A DNA stretch of 63,987 nucleotides, filler included, from Asterionella formosa (Eukaryota), in NCBI GenBank assembly GCA_002256025.1. It is 5 parts of 5 records of this genome, joined end to end, with 100 filler letters (N's around TTAATTAATTAA, not from the genome) between each part and the next. Parts side by side here need not be neighbours in the genome. Positions count along the whole stretch, not along the records: positions 50,227 to 63,987 come from NKIB01006443.1; 4 more parts are not named here. One strand, written 5' to 3'. The stretch's first letter is position 1, and every line of letters begins with the position of its first letter. Under the pieces are notes generated by a model. That model had not been told where the DNA came from and made no database searches. It saw only the letters and a program-made list of their open reading frames with translations. The position numbers were made by a program, and so were the translations under genes. Below, in pieces: positions 55,278 to 63,987 of this stretch.

Positions 55278-58200
55278 ATGGAGGCATATCCTGGAGACTT
55301 GCTCGCTGGCGTTTCCCCCCTTGTGTTTGCAGTAGATGCCATCACTCCTCTACCTTCGAAAAAAACGCCCGAGCGTAGCGATGAGACCGACGACCGCGGT
55401 GCTACGCAGACTGAGGAGTTGCTTCCAAAAGCAGCGTCCCACCGAAGTTTGTTTGATCTCTTCCTGGATTCGTTAGCCTCCGCACTCTTTGATGCTGATG
55501 AATCTACTACCGGTAGTAAGCCTCGCAATTCCAATAACAACACGCTACGATCAGATGCATTGAACTCATTACTACGCGTCGACGACGATGATTCGTCGGA
55601 GGACGAAGACCCATTAGGGGAATCAAGTTCGCAACTTTCTAAATCGGCAAGGAATTTTCGTCGTGGGGTCGGATCTCCTTCCCTTGGCATGGCGAACTTT
55701 CGAAAACCTCCATCAAGTAAGACGATCAATACTGAATCTACTGCATATGCTCGTAACTTGACGACGGAAAATTTCTTTCAAAGGGCTCGCATTGTAGCAA
55801 GTAGCTCAAGGCACGGATTTCCTCCTTCGAAAGATGAAGCCGGCGTACAAAATTTTGCACTCAAACTTTCGCAAGCACGATCTGCCATGGCTATGAATCC
55901 AACCAACGCAAATGCCTATCGACTCAAGGGAGTTTTGGAAAGCAAGCAAATTGATGGTATTTTGCCGCTGGGGTGGTTGGAAAAGCATGCCCATGCGCTG
56001 CCTTCAGTTTTGGTCTTTATAACTTCCTACCAAGGAAGTAAAGAACACCAGGACAAACAAGATCAGCGCTTGTTTGATACTGTGGAACACATGCGTGAGA
56101 GTTTGGCGACTAAGCGCGACTGTAGTATTCATTTAGTGGTGTTGACAGAAAATAATAGTACTTCGGACGAATGGATCAGCAGGATACGATCACACACGCA
56201 ACTGCAAGCAAATGATATTACTGTGATCCAAATCAGAGACATTAATGATGCCACAGGCGGATCGGGTATACCGTCATCACCTGTTATGAAGAGAATTTGC
56301 AAGACTTTGCGTGATGCCAGTTGGATTTACTATCAGAATCAAGCTAGACAAGCAAAGCGCAAATTGAGCATGCTAGGTCACGATCACCAGCCAACTTTGT
56401 TGCCATTAGCCATTCGATATTCCTTTAAGGTTGCTGTATTCTATGAATTTCAGCTGAAGCATGAAAAAGCAATCAAATTCTTTTCTGAGTCATACCGGCA
56501 CCTTCAGACGTATTATCAACAAGTACTAAACAAGACTATTCCATGGGACGAAAACGTCCCTGTAAACCCGCTTGTTGACGATGGTATCAACCTTTCTGGC
56601 CAGTCGCCCATCTCCACAGATTCTTATAGTGACGACAACACAGCTGGAATCGAAGTAACATTGCACAATGACGACGAGGACGATGATACGCCGGAGATAC
56701 AGCTCGACGTTCGGGCCATCTTTTCCGAAATTAAGCCCCCTTCCGATATGGCACACCAATGTAGGGCTGTAGCCGACTGGCTTAACTTCAAGCTCGTTCA
56801 GGCTGGTTTGCATTGTACTGCGTATTCAGAATCTGAGGAAGGCATACTGGCCGCCTCAGACCAATGGAGAAAGCACTCTCAATCATTCCTGAATGGAAAC
56901 GACCCTAGCAATCCTACTTGGTATTTTTGGAAATATGTTTGCAACCAGCGGCAGGTGATGGCTCAGCTGGTAGAGCGATATCCACCTAAGCCGATTCTGT
57001 CCCTTGCCGGTTTGGCTAGAGATGAAGTGCTTTTGAGATTCAGCGCATGGCGCAACTATTCTGCCGCTGCAGAAGCCATGCTTCGTTTGGGAGTCGAAGT
57101 CCGCAAAGCTAGCAAGGAGTCGGCGAACACAGCAGAAGCCGATCGTTCGATGAAATCCACCTTGCGTGGCAAGTTCGTCGGAGGTTTGGACAGTGAAGGT
57201 CTCTGGCCACAGCTTCATGATGAGTTGAAACGGGATCACAAAGGTACGAGTAACACAATTTTATGACCACCGTAATTTTGGCATCTAAGAGTAACTGACA
57301 AATCTTCGGTGTGATACAGAAATAGCCCTTGAAATGCTATTCAAAGCAATTTCACTTTTTAAGGAGCACATTGACAGAGAGAAAAGAGTCGAAGGAAGTT
57401 ACCAAAATGAAACCAATAAATTCTTCTTTCGGTCTGCTGCTCGGATGCATTACTTGATCGGCGGAATACTGTTGGGACAGAAGAAGCACAAGCTTGCAAT
57501 AAGATATTTGGAAGAAACTGTCAAAGACTCATCTGGATGGAACGGCCTGGAATTTGTAGTCAGAAGGATGCTGATTGAATGCTACGAAAAGTATGTCCCA
57601 CAACAAGACGAAACTTCTGACGAGAAGAGCAAAGCAGTAACTTCGATGATTCTCGACTCTTATTTCAACGCTGAAATGTCGTCCAAAAACCTGCGACGTG
57701 CTCTCAACAATTTTTCGTCACTCACTGGCGGTGAAGTCATAAAATGGCACCATGAATGCATCGATGAGTTTGCACCATCGCTTCCATTTTCCTTTGCCGT
57801 CACATTTCCATGCTTGACTCATGCTACGACTGGCGATACCATCACAGCGAGTGTCATGATTAAGTCAAACCTTGACTTTGCAGTTCACATGAACTCAGTA
57901 ACTCTTTTAAGTATGGCTGGTAACATCTCAGTTCCATCAACGGCACTCCGTTCCGCAGAAAACGCGAACGAAGGCTCGGACGGAGGTATTATCATTCAAG
58001 CAAACACGTCAATTCTATTTTCGACTCTTATTGTTATTCCTAGAGATTTGGATTCCATTGCCACAGACGAAAGTGGAAACGGTGGGGAGAAGGAAGGAAT
58101 AGCTGGTAAGGGTTCATTTTCAACGAGCGCGCGACCTAGAACAGCGGGTATTACTTCCGCCGCTGGCGCGCGACTAATTTCCGAGCAGGCAATTGAGAAA

Positions 58201-60141
58201 AGACCTAAGGAAGGTAATGCCCAGTGGAGTCTTAAGTATTTGGGGGGAAAGACTCTTCGTTGCGACGGAATGTGTCTAGTATTCTATCCGGTTCACACTG
58301 AGAACGCTGCAGCTTCAGGTGGCACAGTCAACGTGATTGAGCTGACTATAGTGAAGAAGCAAAATCAAACAATAGGTATTTTGAACATCAAGCGAACACC
58401 GTTTGAAGAAGATAATTATATCGCGTCTGCATGGGCAAGACCAAAAACACTACCCCTCATACGAGGACCACGGTGTTTACGAGTCCTGGGCCCAATGCCG
58501 CAAATGATTGTCACAAATCTAACAGACCCAATGACCAATGGCAAAGCCCTTGAAGGCACCGTCAATCGTATCGTGCTCAAACTTGAAGCCGGGCCACACG
58601 AGGAATGTCGTGAAATTCGTTACAAGGTAACATGTTCTACCACGCAGCTATCCTTGGACGGTTCTACAAACTTGCTTGATCAAGGCATGTTGTCGGATTC
58701 GATTGTTAGTTATGAGCAACTCAAGCAAATGCGTTGTCCAGTCCTTGTGAAGTTTCAACCCAACACTGCAGCTTCACAGTCAACCAAATATGGGTTCGAA
58801 TTACCTCTAGGTTGGGAAATCGTTAGTTCCATGGAAGGGAGTCAAGATGAAGTCACACCGGATGTGTCGCTGCTGAAGGCTGGCGAAGTGACGTACGTTT
58901 ATTTTGATATCTACCGACCAGCACGATGTTTACCCTCAACTGATGCGCTGATGGACTTGAGCAGCTCGCAAGCAACCCTTTTAGATGTGGACCCGGACGA
59001 ATCAGGCACATGTCAAAGCGACTTTGATGTCTCGATAACTTACAGGCAGGCCAGACCAAAGACTCAACAAGCTCAAACACGAAGTCGACAAAGACCTTCG
59101 GTGATGCAAAACGCTTCAACTGGTTATTCCCAGGAAAAGCAGGACGACGAACCCGATCCATCAGATGTCGTGCATTTTGAATTTAACGGAACTATTGTTT
59201 GGACTTCTCCAATTTCGGCATCCTTCAGTCCTGTTCAAGGGTTACAGAAAACGTACCCTTCGGGTAGCCGGCATCCATCAAACTCCAACGTTCAAAACTC
59301 GAATTTGAACGATGACAATTCTTCAACAGCACTGCATTCAGAAGTGGCAATGGTTGATGGGGAAACTATAAGCACGCGCTGTACTTTTGAGGCTAACAAT
59401 GTTGCTCCCGGCATGGCCCTGAAGGTATCAAGGATTTGGTTTGAAGAGTATGAGTGGACAGGAAGCGATCGCATGCCCTGTGCCATCAGACTTGTCCCTG
59501 ACCCTGTCTCCAAAGAGAGCGACACTCTTTACAGCCTGAAGGATGGTGAACCAGTTCAGACACTTACGGTGGGTACGAAGTGCGGAGTTGTGTATAGTGT
59601 CAAAGCGGACATGTTAGACGGTTACAAAAAAGGCAGTGTGTCAGACTACCTTGGTGTAATTTGTGTCGATTGGTCACCCATTCCCCTCGCTCTTCCCAAT
59701 GGTGTCTTGTCAACCAGTACTTTCAAAGCGCATGGTCCTCTTGTCCTAGACAGCACCGCAACTCTCAAGTTTCGCGGCCCTCCTTGCTACGTTGAAAGTG
59801 CACCTTTTGAAGCTGCCATGACGTTAAATCCTGCATTACCACGTGTTGCAATGCCCTTCGAAGTGCTTTATCGTATTGCAAACAAGACAGATGTTCACCA
59901 AAAATTGATCGTTTCTGTTGCCGAACAATCCAATGTTGAGGCTGAGACATTGCTTTTCTGTGGAATTGTCAGATGCGAAATTGGGCTATCACCTTTTGAG
60001 ACCCAGATTATCAAGTACACAGCGATTGCTGCTAAGGCAGGGAAGACAGCTCTACCAGCGATTTCCGTTTCATGCGAGCGATATAACACGTGGGTCATTA
60101 ATGATGTTTCAGTAAACCATGACCTTTTTGTTCTTCCATGA
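55278..60141 (+). CDS. TRAPPC11: Trafficking protein particle complex subunit 11 (foie gras/gryzun-like); intron 57244-57319
   Basis: MEAYPGDLLAGVSPLVFAV start; DGILPLGWLEKH..ALPSVLV; RYSFKVAVFYEF; CRAVADWLNFK; C-terminal Ig-like region (FEVLYRIANKT, G...LPAISV); GTACGA...CAG intron restores frame. Confidence 0.85.
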
Positions 60142-61021
60142 ATCGTGGAGTGGGTGAAACAAATTCACCTTGAAATAATGAGTAATACAACTAACACTGG
60201 TGTGCACGGAACATGACCATTAATGATTGAGTTTGCATCAAAAGTAGCAACCCACAAACAGTTATGAGAAATAACTTTTTTCACATCTTTGCTTTGATAA
60301 TTAATGTTATTGTTTTAGTCGTGGTCTTAGTTGTTGTGCAGCAACTGTGAAAGTGTCAAATAAGCTCTTAAAATTGTTGTTATAGAAATTGTGCATCTCT
60401 AGATTAAATGAAAAAATGTTCAATCAGCAATTTCAATTTTTGTTATCAATAATAGTGCTTTCAGAATAATTCATTTACTACTGTACTGCTAATGTCATAC
60501 TTGGTATATGTTCAAAATAGGTAAGCATCATTCTCAACTTTCTAGGAGATAATTGCTATTTTTATAATGTTTATGGCTCAGGCAACATGACAGATTCTCC
60601 AGCTGCTTACCCATGACAACTACTCAAGGTAGGACAGGACCAAGGGTGAAGACTGCCAAATGCCACTAGTTTGGCCAACCTACTCACACCTACCAAACCG
60701 ACTAGAGCACAAGAATACAAGGAGACAGAATCCTCCTGAGTAAGGTCTTAACTAGGCAATTCACAACCTAGCAATTATCACCCTTTTGCGACTACATTGC
60801 TTTTTCAGTTAACATTGAAAACTTCATTTAGATCATTTGTATGTTGATTCCAAAGTGGCCAATTGTCCTTGATGTAAAACATGTGATATTTCATACATTC
60901 AGTTTTTTGGATTACTCAATTTTGCAATTCTTGCCCTTTGTATGAAACTAATTTTGTATTTTTCATATGCTCCATTTATGAATAGTCAACCTTCCTTCTA
61001 TATTTTAAATAGCCCCTGAAT

Positions 61022-61100
61022 TTGCCTATCCAGGTGGACTACCATATATGCGGTAAACACACCTTGTGCGGTGGCAGGTTCGATTCCTGCATTTTCCAGC
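61022..61100 (+). repeat. tRNA-derived (SINE-head-like) sequence, copy 1
   Basis: Perfect T-arm GCAGG-TTCGATT-CCTGC (61074-61090, B-box); no complete cloverleaf; homologous copy on the - strand at 61704-61775. Confidence 0.55.
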
Positions 61101-61703
61101 TTTGTTTGTCATTTAGTCCCTAGGGTTCTGGGGTTGCGGCTGACGAAAGACATGTGCCATTGTACTTTTTGGACGAATAAAACCGGTACTAATTGTGTCC
61201 ATTTATTCATTTATTTGGGCACAAGTGCGATTATTGGATAGCTTTAACGTACTATAAGGTTTGATTGATAATCTTAATACCATTTATGCAAAGGGAATTC
61301 GATTTTACTGATGTCTACAGTCCTCAATTCGCCTGCCATTTTTTTAATGAAAATGGACTGCAGAAATTGGAGGAGAGTAGGATGAAGCACGTGAAGGCAC
61401 AAAAGGATGGTATTCTTTGAAGTGTCAATGGCAATTCCACTTTACAACACTCCTCATTGTCAAGCACTGTCTTATACAGACTGTGTTCATTGACAAATCA
61501 AATAGCAATTCATTATCAAATGAATGAGGCTCACTGCTGTTCCCCACAATGTCAAATATTGTCACGACATGGACATTGCTCGCTTACAAATTCTTACCAC
61601 GGAAAGCGAAATAAACTGCAATGTTGACCACCATGTGGCAGGCAAAATCAAATCATGTGCTTTCTGTCGACATATTTTATGATTGTTTCAATCATTCAAG
61701 ACA

Positions 61704-61775
61704 GTTGGAGAATGCAGGAATCTTACCTGCCACCTCATGAGGTGTGCTAACCACTTAGCCATCCCTGGTAGGCAA
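61704..61775 (-). repeat. tRNA-derived (SINE-head-like) sequence, copy 2
   Basis: Minus strand TTGCCTACCAGGGATGGCTAAGTGGTTAGCACACCTCATGAGGTGGCAGGTAAGATTCCTGCATTCTCC: A-box TGGCTAAGTGG and mutated B-box. Confidence 0.55.
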
Positions 61776-63987
61776 TGCAGCCATTGATTAATTCAACTTC
61801 ATTCATCTGTTTACTTGTCTAACACAATATTGTCTTATTTGGTGGGTCCCTTTCCATATGCTTAGATATAGTCATTGATCAAAGTAGGGGTATAGGTCAA
61901 CGCTATAAATCGTCAGGATATAGGATCTGGCGAGAAACTACAGGAAGGAACTTCAGTTTCTTTACTATCCTATAAAGACAAGAAATTTCGGGGGAAATCA
62001 CTTTATTTGGCATGGTAAATAACGAAGTTCTTTTCTGCATTTTCTCGCCATTTGCAGGTTACCTATGTATCTAAATCGCCTTCAGACCCAGTCAACGTTG
62101 AGCATTGTCATCCAAAAATTAGACAAAATCTGCCTTTTCTACAGGCTCCAAAATATCGGAATCAGAATCACTTAGCACCGAAACATCATCATCTGAATCA
62201 GAGTCTTGTGATGCAATATTTAGTCGTCAACTTTCCTGTACCAAAATTCCATTGTAAGTGCGTGCAGTACTAAATATCTACTGATTGGCTATAGTTTCAA
62301 AATTGTAGCGTTCTCACTTCCGGGTTCCCTACTTCTCTTAAATATATTATACTCCAGTACTCAATCTACGGGCGCTGCTACACGCTGCAGCTGACCAGAA
62401 CTCTCGCTATTATGTCCACTTTGGACAACGCTGCATCGGCCACTCCTATCCTTCACCCTCTGCTTCCTTCCATATACTCCCAGACCATGTAGTCAAATGC
62501 CAACTTCGCTCACCTTCATACCTGTCAACCCATTCAGTCCCTTCTAGCTACAGTGAACACTTCCCACCCTCGACGGACATTGCAGCGCAACTAATTTCAT
62601 GGAGATTTTCCAGTTGACTGGGGTTGGCTACTATATTTGTCCAAAACGATGAACCGTCTCGCTATACAATTGCAATTAACAGCACTGGCTTTGGCGGAGC
62701 TACAGATAGCAATTCATTTTGTCTGCCTTTGGAGACAAGTAGATGGCCCTGGTAGTTATCCCACCATCTCCACATATACTATTGTCATTTGCACTTCCCC
62801 ACCGTATCAGTCCAATGCGCATCGTCTTCTCCAAGAAATCTTGTCACTTCTTGATGAACAGTCGAAGTTCCCTACCGGGTACCCATTCCAATGCACCATG
62901 ATTTTATCAGACCAGTCATACGCTCAAAAGATACAAGAGCAGAAAGAATTTCAAGCCAATGAAGAGGTAGCCAGTGCGCATCACTGGTCTCCTTCCCCTC
63001 AAACATTTGAAACCTTAGGTGGCGCACTTCTTAGCTTCCCTGAACCCTCTCCTGGCTCCCAATAGCTTCTCCATAGCATTGAAACAGATCCAGCCAATCC
63101 ATCTGTACTCTTTTTTGCACTCACTATTCTAATGCTAGCTACCTAGAATCTCTTATAGAAACTCTCTTTCCAACTCTGAGACAAATCTATCCAACCTTGA
63201 CCCCCCGAAGATGTGTGGCTGGCACCTGCAGACCACCAACACACCACTCAAACATCGGAAGATCTCCTTTCTCACTCCAACACAACTCTCTCATCTTCTC
63301 AACTTCACTCCTTATGGTCTTTCCGACACTCCGGCTCTCCCCAACCCAACCTCCCACAATAGGTCCCAACATGTCTCACGCTAAAGTAAAGGAGGCAGAG
63401 GGCGCCTTAACCATAGAGGACCCCTCCCTTCCCCCTCTGCCCACTCATCCACTTACCCCAAAAACCCTTTTCCGGCCCTGACTCCCAATGCATGGTATAA
63501 TTCTCCACCTTCAATTTCCAGTACCACACTATCCACAGCATTTGAATCCACCACAACCTCCGAGCTCCAATCACTGACTACTACAGTCCATTACACTTTT
63601 TGCATACAAGTGTCCGAAAAACATAATGAGTTAGTCAGGGGAACTCGGGATTAATTTTTTTGAATAAATTTGTAGCAAATCAATATTAATTTCTATCAAT
63701 AATAGAAACTTTTTCTAACTAGATTTTTCAATGGCTCTTTTTACTTAGTGTTTTGAAAATCGAAAAATAAAAATATATTTGTACTACTACTGTACATTTT
63801 GTCAAAAAAATCGGATGCATAATGTATCAGATGTACTTACATTTTCGACATGGAACACATCATACATGCAACAAACCTTGTATATACTTTGTACATTCCG
63901 TATATAGCATTACATAATACCGGCATATATGCTTGGCATACATACTACTGGGTATGTACTACCATTACTTGCATGTGTGTTTGTACA

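Noticed and set aside
61022..61100. Bona fide tRNA gene
   Set aside because: Only the T-arm is intact; D-arm, anticodon and acceptor stems do not fold, so it is kept as SINE-like
61139..61152. CTGACGA...GAAA resembling a hammerhead ribozyme core
   Set aside because: The motifs overlap, and there is no stem II or flanking helices

Overview
This is a eukaryotic draft-assembly window, most consistent with a diatom. The evidence is short GT-AG introns, bipartite plastid-targeting presequences, a UDP-glucose pyrophosphorylase/phosphoglucomutase fusion and diatom-type Copia elements. Four 100-nt N-TTAATTAATTAA-N linkers (14163, 28423, 35883, 50127) are artificial joins, so gene order across them is unsupported. 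Recognisable genes are a multidomain CGFS glutaredoxin, a DUF2817/M14-like peptidase, VAC14, a DNL zinc-finger protein, a ubiquitin-specific protease, GCN2 kinase, SAR1, a plastid phosphoglycerate mutase, a RING protein, an RsmD-like methyltransferase, UGP-PGM, a SAP+PPR plastid protein and TRAPPC11. There are also two Copia remnants. The least explained features are: (i) a tandem pair of giant Ser/Asp-rich repeat proteins sharing a repetitive C-terminal tail, one a mucin-like single-pass membrane protein; (ii) a ~1.4 kb element with ~400 bp diverged inverted arms; (iii) two convergent tRNA-like (SINE-head) sequences; and (iv) pervasive GTACCAG/TACCGGTA motifs in intergenic DNA. Intron boundaries were read by eye, and no database searches were run.
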